DNA of 64,000 bases. It comes from Alphaproteobacteria bacterium (GTDB lineage Bacteria > Pseudomonadota > Alphaproteobacteria > UBA828). Numbering within the stretch: the stretch's first letter is position 1; every line of letters starts with the position of its first letter. Of this stretch, positions 11,271 through 21,388 are shown in pieces. Below the pieces are notes generated by a model. That model had not been told where the DNA came from, did no database searches, and saw only the letters and a list, made by a program, of their open reading frames with translations. The position numbers were made by a program, and so were the translations under genes. The stretch spans positions 64,001 through 128,000 of the forward strand of contig CBDCQT010000010.1 of assembly GCA_965220745.1 (NCBI GenBank), given 5' to 3'.

Positions 11271-11957
11271 ATGCAACGCAGCGAGATCGATGCCATTCCC
11301 CTGGAAGGCGACGTGTCGTTCAGGCAGCGGGCGGTCGAGCCCGAACGCACCGCCCTGCTCGTCGTCGACCTTCAGAAGGGCTACTACAACGATGAGATAC
11401 GCGCGCGGGAGCCGGAACACCGATACCTCTACGACCGCATCCGCGACGTTGCGATCCCGAACGGGCAACGCCTGATCGCCGCTTGCCGCAGCGCCGGCAT
11501 CGAGGTCGTCTACACGGTGGTCGAGTGCCTCACGAAGGACGGCCGCGACCGCGGCCTCGACTACAAGATCTCCGGCATCTTCGCGGCCAAGGGCTCGTGG
11601 GAAGCCGAGGTCATCGACGAGCTGGGCCCCGGAGACGACGACATCATCATCCCGAAGACCTCCTCGAGCCTCTTCAACTCCACCAACTGCGAATACGTGC
11701 TGCGCAACCTCGGCATCGAGTACGTGATGGTCATGGGGATGCTGACCGACCAATGCGTCGAGACCGCCGTGCGCGACGGCTGCGATCGCGGCTTCCTCAT
11801 GACCCTGGTGGACGACGCGTGCGCCACGCATTCGGACGAGCGCCACCGCGAGGCCCTGCAGGGCTTCAAGGGCTATTGCCGGATCCGCACCACCGCCGAG
11901 CTGCTGGAAGAGCTGGAGCACCTACGCCCCGCGCGTCCCGCGGCGGTTTCGGCCTGA
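11271..11957 (+). CDS. Isochorismatase-family cysteine hydrolase
   Basis: 'TALLVVDLQ', 'KTSSSLFNST', 'GMLTDQCVETAVRD' (Asp-Lys-Cys triad). Confidence 0.9.
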   Translation: MQRSEIDAIPLEGDVSFRQRAVEPERTALLVVDLQKGYYNDEIRAREPEHRYLYDRIRDVAIPNGQRLIAACRSAGIEVVYTVVECLTKDGRDRGLDYKISGIFAAKGSWEAEVIDELGPGDDDIIIPKTSSSLFNSTNCEYVLRNLGIEYVMVMGMLTDQCVETAVRDGCDRGFLMTLVDDACATHSDERHREALQGFKGYCRIRTTAELLEELEHLRPARPAAVSA

Positions 11958-11960
11958 CGA

Positions 11961-12854
11961 GTGAGCGAACCCTCCGACAGCTACACGCGGCACGCGGCTC
12001 ACTTCGAACGGGTCTACGACCTCGACGATCCGAGCCCATACTTCGCGACGCTGAGGCGGGCCGATTACCGCATGCCGGTGGCGCTCGCCGGCGCGCTGAA
12101 GGCGATCCACGGACCCTTGAGCGCGGCGCGCGGCGCTGGCGAGACCTTGCGGGTGATCGACTTCGCCTGCGGCTACGGGGCCATCGGCGCGTTGTTGCGT
12201 CACGACGTCTCCATCTCGGCGCTCTATGCCCACTATGCCGCGCGGCAGTGGCAGCCGGCCGACGGGCGGCGCTACTGGGCCGACGACATCGCCTTCTTCG
12301 CCGCGCGGCGCGCGGAGACGGCGCCGTTCGACATCGGCGGCATCGACATCGCCGGGAACGCGCTCGCCTACGCGGCGGCGCTCGGCTTCGTCGACCGGGC
12401 GTACCCCGAGAATCTCGTGGAGGATGCACCCAGTGCCGGGCTGGCTCGCTACCTTCAAGGTGCGCACCTGGTGGTCGAGAGCGGCGCCCTGGGCGTGCTG
12501 TTGCCGGCCGCGTTCGCGCGCGTGCTCGATTGTGCCGGCGGCGAGCGGCCGCCCTGGTTTCTCTACAGCCCCCGCCCCGACGTGAACTGGTCCGCGCTAC
12601 ATGAGCTGTGGGCCGAGCGGGGCTATCGCACGGAGAGCTTTCTCGGCGCGCCGGTCCGTTACCGCAAGCCGCTTGAGACGCAGGAGGGCGCGGACATGCG
12701 TCGCCGCTCGCGAGGCTTCGGCAAGCCCGACGAGGCGATCATGCAGGGCGGTTACTTTCTGGTCGACATGACGCTCGCGCGGCCCGAGGCCGATACCGCC
12801 AACCCACCCATCGCCCGGTTGCGGGGCCGTATGGCCGAAGAGAGTTCGGAGTAG
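11961..12854 (+). CDS. Putative SAM-dependent methyltransferase
   Basis: 'VIDFACGYG' motif I and 'GIDIAGNAL' motif II; host-like codon usage. Confidence 0.65.
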   Translation: MSEPSDSYTRHAAHFERVYDLDDPSPYFATLRRADYRMPVALAGALKAIHGPLSAARGAGETLRVIDFACGYGAIGALLRHDVSISALYAHYAARQWQPADGRRYWADDIAFFAARRAETAPFDIGGIDIAGNALAYAAALGFVDRAYPENLVEDAPSAGLARYLQGAHLVVESGALGVLLPAAFARVLDCAGGERPPWFLYSPRPDVNWSALHELWAERGYRTESFLGAPVRYRKPLETQEGADMRRRSRGFGKPDEAIMQGGYFLVDMTLARPEADTANPPIARLRGRMAEESSE

Positions 12855-12857
12855 CGC

Positions 12858-15800
12858 TCAGCGCGCCCCTCCGGTTGCTGCAGCGAGCTGGCGGGTGACG
12901 AGCTGACTGTAGAGCCCGGCACGGGCGAGCAGGGCTTCGTGGGTGCCGGTCTCGACGATGCGGCCGTCGTCGAGCACCACGATGGTGTCGGCGTCGCGCA
13001 CGGTGGAGAGGCGATGGGCGATTACCACCGTGGTGCGCTCGGCCATCAGCTCCGAGAGCGCGCGTCGCAGCATCGCCTCGTTCACCGCATCGAGGTGCGA
13101 GGTCGCCTCGTCCAGGATCAGGATCGGTGCGTTCTTGAGGACGGCGCGGGCGACCGCGACTCGCTGCCGCTGCCCGCCCGAGAGCTGCGTGCCTCGCTCG
13201 CCGACGCGGGTCTCCAGCCCCTCCGGTAGCGCCGCCACGAAATCGTCCAACGCGGCACGGCGCACCGCCTCGGCAAGCTCGGCCTCCGAGGCGTCGGGGC
13301 GGGCGATCAGGATGTTGGCGCGGAGCGTGTCGTTGAAGAGGTAGGTGTCCTGCGCCACCAGCGCGATGCGGGCGCGGAGCGCATCGAGCGTCCAGTCCCG
13401 CACGTCCTCGCCGTCCAGCCGCACCGTGCCCTCAGCCGGATCCCAGAAGCGCATGAAGAGGTGGGCGATGGTGGTCTTGCCCGCGCCGGAGGGGCCCACC
13501 AGCGCCAGCGTCTCGCCGGGGCGGACCGTGAGCGTGACGTCGTCGAGCGCCGGCCGCCTGGTGCCCACGTAGGTGAAGCTCACGCCTGCCATCTCCAGCG
13601 CCGGCGCATCCGGCGCAGGCGCGGCGCCGGGCCCGTCCGCCACCCTGACCTGTGCGCTGTGCACGGCGTGCAGCCGCCGGGTCGCGCCCAGGGTGTCGGC
13701 AAGCTGGCGGCCGATGTGGGCGATCTCGGAGACCGGCAGGAAGGTCGCCATGGCGAGGATCGCGAGAAGCGGCAGCATCGCCGCCTCCAGCCAGCCGGCG
13801 GCGATCCAGGCGGTGCCGGCCATCATCACGGCAAGCCCGCCGAGACCGGTCGCCGTCTCGATCAGCGCCATCTGGAACGTGAGGTCGCGGTAGTAAGGCA
13901 TGCGCACGCGGTGATGGCCCCGCACGAAATCCAGGAACACCTTGCGCCGCGCCGCCTGCTGGCCGAAAGCCAAAAGCTCCGTCAGCCCCTGGATCGTGTC
14001 CACCGCATGGGCGTTGAGCAGGCCCAGCATCTCGCGCGCCCGCCCGCCCAACCGGTCCAGCCGCTTGCGCAAGAAGAAGGGGCTGAGCCCCACCAGCAGG
14101 ATGAAGGGCGCGAGCGCCGCCGCCGTCGGCCAGCCGTAGACCAGCAGCGTCGCCATCACCGCCGCCGGCACCAGGATCGCGACCAGCGCCGGCGCGATCG
14201 TGTGGGCGAAGAAGTACTCCACCAGCTCCACGTCCTGCGTGGCCATGCCGACGATGTCGCCGGTGCGCCGGCGCAGCAGGTAGGCGGGCGCGAGTCGGTC
14301 CAGCTTGTCGTAGAGCGCGATCCGCATCTCGGTGAGCAGCCGGAAGGCCATGTCGTGGGCAACCCAGGATTCGAGCCAGTGCAGCAGGCCGGCAAGGGGG
14401 GCCGTGGCGTAGAGCGCGATCAGCAGCCCGCCCACCGGCGTGCCCAGCTTCAGCCCGGCCACCACCAGCGCGCTCAACACGCCGATGCCGATGAAGGCCA
14501 CCACGCGGGCGACGCCGAGCCCGAAAGCGAGGTTCACGCGGCTGCGGAAGGGCCGCACCAGGCCGAGCAGGCGCATCCAGGCGCTCCACCAGCCGAGACC
14601 CTCGGCCCGCAGCACCTCGTCATCGGGCTCGATGGCTGCGGCGGCAAGATGGCGGTCCTCGGTGGTCGGCTCGATCGCGGGCTCGGCGCCCGGCGCCGCG
14701 GGTGGCGGTGCCTCCAGCCCCTCCCGCACCTGGTCTGCCATCAGGCGGTGGTAGACGCCCTGCTTCGCCATCAGCGCCGCGTGGCGCCCGCTTTCCACCA
14801 CGCGGCCTTCGTCCAGCACGAGGATGCGGTCGGCGTCGATCACGCTGGAGAGCCGGTGCGCCATGATCAGCACCGTCCGCCCGCCCATGAGCCGGCCAAG
14901 CGCGTCCTGGATCACCGCCTCGTTCTCGGCATCGACCGAGGAGAGCGCCTCGTCCAGCAGCAGGATCGGCGCGTCGCGCAGCAGCGCGCGGGCGATGGCG
15001 ATGCGCTGGCGCTGCCCGCCCGAGAGGCGGATGCCGCGCTCGCCGATCACCGTGTCGTAGCCCTGCGGCAGCCGGGCGATGAAGCCGTGCGCGTTGGCCG
15101 CCCGCGCCGCTGCTTCCACCTCGTCGTCGCTCGCGTCCGGCTTGCCGAAGCGGATGTTCTCCGCCGCGGTGCCGTGGAACAGGTAGGTGTCCTGGTTCAC
15201 AACGCCGAAGCGCGCGCGCAAGGCCGCGCGGTCCAGCGTGCGCAAGTCCTGGCCACCGAGCAGGATGCGCCCCTCTTGCGGGTCGTCGAAGCGCATGAGC
15301 AGGCGCAGGATCGTGGACTTGCCGGCGCCGCTCGCGCCCACGATACCGACCCGCTCGCCCGCGCCGACGGTGAAGGAAAGCCCGGCGTGGGCCGCGCGTC
15401 GGCCGCCCGGATAGGCGAAGTGCACGTCCTCGAAGGCTAGGGTCGGGGCGAGCGGGGCGGCATCCGCGGCGCCGTCGGCATCCTCGATGGCGGGCCTGGT
15501 GTCGAGCAGGCGGAACAGGCTTTGGGCCGCAGACTGCCCGTGCATCCCCGTGTGCAGCAGCGCGCGCAAGTCGCGCATGGGCCGGAAAACTTCGACCCCC
15601 ATCATCAGCACGATGAGCAGCACCTCGATGCCGATGGTGCCGTCGGCGACACGGACAGCGCCGACCCCCAGCGCCGCCGCCGCACCGACCGCGATGCCGG
15701 CGTCGGTAATGCCGCGCGAGGCCGAGTTGCTGGCCAGCACCCACATGGTGCTGCGGAAGAGATCGTGCGCCTTCTCTGCCAGGAAGCGCCCTCGCGCGCT

Positions 15801-16442
15801 GCTCTGACCGAAGGCCTTGAGCGTGGCCAGCCCCTGCACGGAGTCCAGAAGCTCGGCGCCGTAGGCCGCATACGCTGCCTGCCGCGCCTTTGCCGCCCTC
15901 ATGTCCCAATGGTGGAAGGCCACGGGTGCCACGAGGGTGAGCAGGGCGAAGCCGAGGAGGACGCCGGCGAGCGGCAGGTCGAGGAAGGCGGCGAAGACGA
16001 AGATGCCGAAGGGCGTGACCGCGGCGACGACGAGCTGCGGCAGGTACTGGCCGAAATAGGTCTCAAGCTGCTCGACGCCGTCGATCACGCTGAGCAGCAC
16101 TTCGCCAGAGCGCTGCCCGCCGAACTGGCCGGGGCCGAGCGCCGCGATCTGGTCGAAGAGTCGGGCGCGAATCTGGTGCTGCACCAGGGCGGCGGTGTGA
16201 TGTGCGGCCATGGTGCGCCAGTACTCCAGCACGCCGCGCGCGAGCATGGCGGCGGCCACGGCGACGATGGGCAGGATCAGGTCGCCGAAGCTCTCGCCCT
16301 GAAAGACCCGCCCGAGCAGCCAGCCGAGCAGCGCCAGCCGCGCGATCCCGACCGCCGCAGAGAGCAGGCCGAGCACGACCGCGCCCGCGATGCGCAGCCG
16401 CAAGCCCTCGGTGAACTGCCACAACCTGGGGTCGAAATACAT
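12858..16442 (-). CDS. Fused two-half ABC exporter (TMD-NBD-TMD-NBD), CydD/CydC-like
   Basis: Two NBDs (GASGAGKS/LSGGQRQR and GPSGAGKT/LSGGQRQR); 'LETYFGQYLPQ' and 'AHDMAFRLL' CydD/CydC-like segments; start at MYFDPRLW. Confidence 0.88.
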   Translation of the reverse strand: MYFDPRLWQFTEGLRLRIAGAVVLGLLSAAVGIARLALLGWLLGRVFQGESFGDLILPIVAVAAAMLARGVLEYWRTMAAHHTAALVQHQIRARLFDQIAALGPGQFGGQRSGEVLLSVIDGVEQLETYFGQYLPQLVVAAVTPFGIFVFAAFLDLPLAGVLLGFALLTLVAPVAFHHWDMRAAKARQAAYAAYGAELLDSVQGLATLKAFGQSSARGRFLAEKAHDLFRSTMWVLASNSASRGITDAGIAVGAAAALGVGAVRVADGTIGIEVLLIVLMMGVEVFRPMRDLRALLHTGMHGQSAAQSLFRLLDTRPAIEDADGAADAAPLAPTLAFEDVHFAYPGGRRAAHAGLSFTVGAGERVGIVGASGAGKSTILRLLMRFDDPQEGRILLGGQDLRTLDRAALRARFGVVNQDTYLFHGTAAENIRFGKPDASDDEVEAAARAANAHGFIARLPQGYDTVIGERGIRLSGGQRQRIAIARALLRDAPILLLDEALSSVDAENEAVIQDALGRLMGGRTVLIMAHRLSSVIDADRILVLDEGRVVESGRHAALMAKQGVYHRLMADQVREGLEAPPPAAPGAEPAIEPTTEDRHLAAAAIEPDDEVLRAEGLGWWSAWMRLLGLVRPFRSRVNLAFGLGVARVVAFIGIGVLSALVVAGLKLGTPVGGLLIALYATAPLAGLLHWLESWVAHDMAFRLLTEMRIALYDKLDRLAPAYLLRRRTGDIVGMATQDVELVEYFFAHTIAPALVAILVPAAVMATLLVYGWPTAAALAPFILLVGLSPFFLRKRLDRLGGRAREMLGLLNAHAVDTIQGLTELLAFGQQAARRKVFLDFVRGHHRVRMPYYRDLTFQMALIETATGLGGLAVMMAGTAWIAAGWLEAAMLPLLAILAMATFLPVSEIAHIGRQLADTLGATRRLHAVHSAQVRVADGPGAAPAPDAPALEMAGVSFTYVGTRRPALDDVTLTVRPGETLALVGPSGAGKTTIAHLFMRFWDPAEGTVRLDGEDVRDWTLDALRARIALVAQDTYLFNDTLRANILIARPDASEAELAEAVRRAALDDFVAALPEGLETRVGERGTQLSGGQRQRVAVARAVLKNAPILILDEATSHLDAVNEAMLRRALSELMAERTTVVIAHRLSTVRDADTIVVLDDGRIVETGTHEALLARAGLYSQLVTRQLAAATGGAR

Positions 16443-16593
16443 GCGCGCCGTCCGTCGAACCCGCCCCCATCGACCACAAAGGCGCGGCGTTGTCCATGCC
16501 AGGAGCCGCGCCCCGCGATCACGCGGAAGTGGGATGTATGTGATCCGGGCATTGGCATAAGATGCGCGTGGTCCTGCGCTTGGGAGGATTGCC

Positions 16594-17442
16594 ATGGTTG
16601 CGCAGCTCGTCGACCGGATGGTGTCCATCGGAGACGGCATCGACCTTCACTACGTGGAGGCCGGCGAGGGCAGGCCGCTCATCATCATCCCCTCCTGGTC
16701 GCTCACCGGCGCAGCCTACCGGCACCAGCTCCAGGCGCTCTCGGGGGCGCGGCGCGTGATGGCCTTCGACATGCGGGGCCACGGGGATTCGACCACGCCG
16801 GCGGGCGGCTACCGCGTGAGCCGGCTCGCGGCCGACCTGCGCGCCGTGATCGAGCGGCTGGCACTCGACGAAGTCGACCTGATGGGCCACTCCATCGGCT
16901 CGTCGATCATCTGGAGCTACATCGACCTCTTCGGCGAAGACCGTCTGGGGCGCCTCATCTTCGTGGACCAGGCGCCGTCGGTCACCGCGAAGGCCGACTG
17001 GTCGGCGGAAGAGCGCGTAACCTACGGCTGCCTGTTGCCGGACCTGAACGCGCTCGCCGAGTTCTACCTCCAGGTGCTGGCGGCGGAGACGCCTGAGGCC
17101 ACCGTGCCGGTGATCGCGCGCCTGTTTTCACCGTCGCTACATGCGGCGGAGCTGCTCTGGTTCGCGCGCGAGATATGCAAGCTGCCGCGCCGGCACGCGG
17201 CCGACCTGCTCCACGACCACTGCGGGCTCGACTGGCGCGACGTGATCAAGCGCGTGCGGCGGCCGACGCTGGTGGTGGGCGCGGAGGCCAGCATCTTCTC
17301 GGCAGAGTCCCAGGAGTGGATCGCGGCGCAGATCCCCGGCGCCGAGGTCGAAATCTTCAATGCCGACGAGGGCGGCTCGCACTTCATGTGCTACGAGAAC
17401 CCGACCAAGTTCAACGCGCTGGTGGAGGCCTTCCTCGCTTGA
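16594..17442 (+). CDS. Alpha/beta hydrolase (non-heme haloperoxidase/esterase-like)
   Basis: 'FDMRGHGDS', GHSIG nucleophile elbow, C-terminal 'GGSHF'. Confidence 0.88.
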   Translation: MVAQLVDRMVSIGDGIDLHYVEAGEGRPLIIIPSWSLTGAAYRHQLQALSGARRVMAFDMRGHGDSTTPAGGYRVSRLAADLRAVIERLALDEVDLMGHSIGSSIIWSYIDLFGEDRLGRLIFVDQAPSVTAKADWSAEERVTYGCLLPDLNALAEFYLQVLAAETPEATVPVIARLFSPSLHAAELLWFAREICKLPRRHAADLLHDHCGLDWRDVIKRVRRPTLVVGAEASIFSAESQEWIAAQIPGAEVEIFNADEGGSHFMCYENPTKFNALVEAFLA

Positions 17443-17523
17443 TCGCGATCGGGCCAGGCTTCACGGCTCTGGTTTCACACATAATGTCACTCTATTATAT
17501 GTGATGAAATATGAGGTCGGGTC

Positions 17524-17874
17524 ATGCAGTTCCAGGATTTCGTCGCGGATCAGGTATTCTCGCCAACTCTGATTGCGGACGAGCTGCGCACCACCAAGGC
17601 CGAGATCGCCGGCACCCTGGGCCTCGGCAAGGACGCGTTCACCCGCACCTCGCGCGTCCGGGCACGCAAGACCCAGGTTCGTCTTCGCCAGATGCTAGAG
17701 ATTCTCAACCGCGTCGAGGCCGCGACCGGATCGCCGATTGCGGCCTATGCCTGGTTCCGCGCCGAGCCGCTGCCGGGCTTCGGCGGCGCCACGCCGGACC
17801 AGTTGGTGCGCGAGGGCAGAGCCGAGCACGTGCACGCGTATCTCGACCGGATCGCGGCAGGCGGTTACGCCTGA
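17524..17874 (+). CDS. Xre/MbcA/ParS-type antitoxin
   Basis: N-terminal HTH plus 'AYAWFRAEPLPGFGGATPDQLV' C-terminal motif; directly upstream of a RES gene. Confidence 0.88.
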   Translation: MQFQDFVADQVFSPTLIADELRTTKAEIAGTLGLGKDAFTRTSRVRARKTQVRLRQMLEILNRVEAATGSPIAAYAWFRAEPLPGFGGATPDQLVREGRAEHVHAYLDRIAAGGYA

Positions 17875-17889
17875 GCCCAAACCGTTCCG

Positions 17890-18402
17890 ATGCGATTCCG
17901 GGGGCTGGTCTACCGGGCGCACAACCCGCAGTGGTCGTGGACGCCGCTCTCCGGCGAGGGTGCGCGCCGTCACGGCGGGCGTTTCAACCGGCGCGGCGTG
18001 CCGGCGCTCTATACATCGCTCGATCCCCTCACAGCGATACGCGAAGCGCAACCCCTGGGCCGCCCGATGCAGCCGCTTACCCTTTGCGCCTACGAGGTCG
18101 ATGTCGAATCTGTCTTCGACGCGCTAAACGAAGTGAGCCGTCGGGACCAGGGCTTGAGCGATGCCGATCTGGCCTGCCCAACCTGGGAGGCGGACATGCT
18201 GGCCGGCGCCGTCCCCGCATCGCAGGCTCTCGCGGATCGTCTGATCGCCGCAGGCTACGCCGGTATGCGGGTCCGAAGCTTTGCCATTGGCGCCGGCGCC
18301 GACGATGTCAATCTCGTGATGTGGCGATGGGGCGCCGACCCGCCCGCTCGCGTGGCCCTGATCGACGATGAGGACCGGCTCTCCGGCAGGGAGGAGCGTT
18401 GA
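17890..18402 (+). CDS. RES-domain toxin (NAD+ phosphorylase family)
   Basis: 'SGEGARRHGGRFN...ALYTSLD..TAIRE', 'GMRVRSFA'. Confidence 0.88.
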   Translation: MRFRGLVYRAHNPQWSWTPLSGEGARRHGGRFNRRGVPALYTSLDPLTAIREAQPLGRPMQPLTLCAYEVDVESVFDALNEVSRRDQGLSDADLACPTWEADMLAGAVPASQALADRLIAAGYAGMRVRSFAIGAGADDVNLVMWRWGADPPARVALIDDEDRLSGREER

Positions 18403-18588
18403 TCGGGCGCCGGCCCCTCGCGGCGCGGGGTCGAAGAGAAACGTGCCGCCGGTGAGTCCGGTCCAACCGTGACTTGCCGGGGTGAGCCGGTATATTGCGG
18501 CGCGAGCCGCCGCCCATCAGCGGCTAGCGGCCGGCGATGACGTCCTGACCTTTCGCCGAGACGGGCAGCACGAGCAAGGGAGACATTG

Positions 18589-19554
18589 ATGCAACTGAGC
18601 AGGGACGAACTGCTGAGCGCGTATCGCACGATGGCGACGGCCCGGCACTTCGAGGAGAGCGTTTTTCAGAACTTCTCGGACGGCAAGATTCCGGGCTTCG
18701 TTCACCTCTCCGCCGGACAGGAGGCGACGGCGGCCGGCGTCTACATGGCGCTGGACGACCGGGACTGGATCGCGACGACCCATCGCGCCCACGGCCAGTG
18801 CATCGCCCGCGGCCTGGATCTGCAGGAGACCATGGACGAAATCTACGGCGCGACCACCGGCGTCTGCGGCGGCAAGGGCGGCTCGATGCACATTGCGGAC
18901 CTCGACAAGGGGATGCTGGGCGCGAACGGGATCATCGGCGCGACCGGTCCTCTGGCGGTGGGCGCCGGCCTCTCGGCCAGAGCGAAGGGCGAGAACGGCG
19001 TCGCCGTGGCCTTCTACGGCGATGGCGGTTCCAACCAGGGCTTGATCTTCGAAGCCTACAACCTGGCGAACATCTGGAAGCTGCCCGTGATCTTCATTTG
19101 CGAAGACAACGGCTATGCCGAGGCGACTCCCTCATCCTATTCGGTCGCAGGCTCGCAGGTGGCCCGCGCGAACGGCTTCGGCATGCCGGCCGTCGAGGTT
19201 GACGGCTTCGATTTCTTCGCGGTCTACGACGCGATGAGAGACGCGGTCGAACGCGCCCGCAATGGCGAGGGCCCGAGCCTGATTCACATCAAGACCGCCC
19301 GCTTCTACGGCCACTTCGTCGGCGATGCGCAGACCTACCGGGGGGACGGAGAAATCGACAAGCTTCGCGCCGAGAAGGACTGCCTGAACATGTTCCGCGA
19401 GAAGGTCGTCGAGACGGGTCTGCTGACCGGCGAACAGCTCGATGAGATTTTCGAGGAGGAGAGAGCGCGGGTGGCAGATGCCGCGTCAGTCGCTCAGGTC
19501 GCGCCGCGTGCCACCGAGGCCGATCTCATGACCGACGTTTACGCCTCTTACTGA
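18589..19554 (+). CDS. acoA: TPP-dependent dehydrogenase E1 alpha subunit, acetoin dehydrogenase-like
   Basis: 'IPGFVHLSAGQEA', '[10 protein letters not shown]', TPP motif 'GDGGSNQG...EDNGYAE', 'GHFVGDAQTYR'. Confidence 0.8.
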   Translation: MQLSRDELLSAYRTMATARHFEESVFQNFSDGKIPGFVHLSAGQEATAAGVYMALDDRDWIATTHRAHGQCIARGLDLQETMDEIYGATTGVCGGKGGSMHIADLDKGMLGANGIIGATGPLAVGAGLSARAKGENGVAVAFYGDGGSNQGLIFEAYNLANIWKLPVIFICEDNGYAEATPSSYSVAGSQVARANGFGMPAVEVDGFDFFAVYDAMRDAVERARNGEGPSLIHIKTARFYGHFVGDAQTYRGDGEIDKLRAEKDCLNMFREKVVETGLLTGEQLDEIFEEERARVADAASVAQVAPRATEADLMTDVYASY

Positions 19555-19568
19555 GCGGGGGACCGACA

Positions 19569-20573
19569 ATGCCGATGAAATCATACAGGGCCGCCATCAA
19601 CGAGGCGATGGCAGGCGAGATGCGGCGCGATTCCTCGGTCATCGTGATGGGCGAGGACGTGTCCGGCGGAACCGGCGCTCCCGGCGAGGACGATGCCTGG
19701 GGCGGCCCGCTTGGCGTGACCAAGGGGCTTCATACCGAGTTCGGACCGACGCGGGTGCTGGACACGCCGATCGCGGAAGGCGGCTTCATCGGGGCAGCGG
19801 CCGGCGCGGCGGTAACCGGCATGCGCCCCATCGTCGATCTAATGTTCGTCGACTTCCTCGGGGTCTGCTTCGACGCGATCTACAACCAGGCGGGGAAGTT
19901 CCGCTACATGTTCGGCGGCAAGGCCGAGACCCCGCTGGTGGTCAGGACGATGTATGGCGCAGGCCTCAGGGCTGCGTCGCAGCACAGCCAGGTGCTCTAT
20001 TCGCTCTTCACCCATGTGCCCGGCGTGAAGGTGGTCGTTCCCTCGAACCCCTATGACGCCAAGGGGCTGATGATCCAGTCCATTCGCGACAACGATCCCG
20101 TCGTCTTCTTCGAGCACAAGGCGATGTACGACGACGAGGCCGACGTTCCCGACGAGGCCTACACGGTCCCCTTCGGCGAAGCGAACGTGGTTCGCGAAGG
20201 CGAGGACGTCACCATCGTCGCGATCGGCAAGATGGTGCATCTGGCCAATGAGGCAGCCGACAATCTGGCGAAGGACGGCATTTCCTGCACGGTGATCGAC
20301 CCGCGCACGGTCTCGCCGCTGGACGAGGAAACCATCCTCGAAGAGGTCGAGGCGACCGGCCGTCTGGTCGTTGTGGACGAGAGCCATCCCCGCTGCTCCA
20401 TGGCGGCCGATATTTCGTCCATCGTGGCGCAGAAGGCGTTCAAGTCGTTGAAGGCCGCCATCGAGAAGGTCACGGCGCCGCACTGCCCGGTCCCCTTCGC
20501 GCCCGAGCTCGAGGACCTCTACATCCCGAAGGTGGAGGACGTGGAGGCGGCCGTTCGGCGCACCATGGCCTGA
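19569..20573 (+). CDS. acoB: TPP-dependent dehydrogenase E1 beta subunit, acetoin dehydrogenase-like
   Basis: 'DDAWGGPLGVTKGL' AcoB-type insert, 'DTPIAE', 'AASQHSQ'. Confidence 0.8.
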   Translation: MPMKSYRAAINEAMAGEMRRDSSVIVMGEDVSGGTGAPGEDDAWGGPLGVTKGLHTEFGPTRVLDTPIAEGGFIGAAAGAAVTGMRPIVDLMFVDFLGVCFDAIYNQAGKFRYMFGGKAETPLVVRTMYGAGLRAASQHSQVLYSLFTHVPGVKVVVPSNPYDAKGLMIQSIRDNDPVVFFEHKAMYDDEADVPDEAYTVPFGEANVVREGEDVTIVAIGKMVHLANEAADNLAKDGISCTVIDPRTVSPLDEETILEEVEATGRLVVVDESHPRCSMAADISSIVAQKAFKSLKAAIEKVTAPHCPVPFAPELEDLYIPKVEDVEAAVRRTMA

Positions 20574-20702
20574 GCGGGGGTTTGCCCCGACCGAGAGCGC
20601 GTGCCGTTTGACAGGTTTCGGCCTTTTTCCTAGCGTCGCGCACCGGCACGCGGCTCGCCGGCGCCGGGGGAGGGCCCTGGGGATAGCCCAAGGGATGGCG
20701 AT

Positions 20703-21383
20703 GTGACGATCGGGGCGGTCCTTCCGGTCAAGGACACGGGCGACGCCAAGCAGCGGCTGTCGGGCTTCCTTCGCGCGGCCGAGCGCCAGCGCCTCGCCCT
20801 CGCGATGGCGGAAGACGTGCTGGAGACCCTTGCGCGCGTTGTGGGACTGTCGGACATCGTCGTGGTGACGCGGGACGAGCGGGCGGCTGCGCTCGCCGCA
20901 CGCCACGGGGCGCGGGTGCTCACTGAGCCCTCCAACGATGGCCAGAGCGCGGCGGTGGAGCGGGCCGCTGCGGCGCTCAGCCGCGACGGGGCCGACGGCC
21001 TGCTCCAGGTTCCCGGTGACGTGCCCGGCGCGAGCGTGGACGAGATCGAGGCGGTGCTGGCGGCGCACGAGGTCGCGCGCGACAACGGGCCGGCCGTCAC
21101 TCTGGTGCCGTCGCACGACCGGCGTGGCACCAACTGCGTGCTCTGTTCACCGCCCGGCGTGTTGCGCTTCGCCTTCGGCCACGACAGTTTCCAGCCCCAC
21201 CGTGAAGCCGCGCGGGCGCAAGGCATCGCACCGCGGATCCTGCCGCTGCCGGGTCTCGGCCTGGACATCGACACACCCGAGGACCTCCGCGCCTTCATCG
21301 CGCGGCCGACGGCGGGCCGCACGCTCGACTATCTGCGCGACAGCGGGATCGCAGAGCGACTTCTGGTGACCGACGCGGCCTGA
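20703..21383 (+). CDS. cofC: F420 biosynthesis guanylyltransferase CofC/FbiD
   Basis: 'VLPVKDTGDAKQRLS', 'GTN', 'FAFGHDSFQPH', 'LDIDTPEDL'; adjacent to fbiC. Confidence 0.88.
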   Translation: MTIGAVLPVKDTGDAKQRLSGFLRAAERQRLALAMAEDVLETLARVVGLSDIVVVTRDERAAALAARHGARVLTEPSNDGQSAAVERAAAALSRDGADGLLQVPGDVPGASVDEIEAVLAAHEVARDNGPAVTLVPSHDRRGTNCVLCSPPGVLRFAFGHDSFQPHREAARAQGIAPRILPLPGLGLDIDTPEDLRAFIARPTAGRTLDYLRDSGIAERLLVTDAA

Positions 21384-21388
21384 GACGG

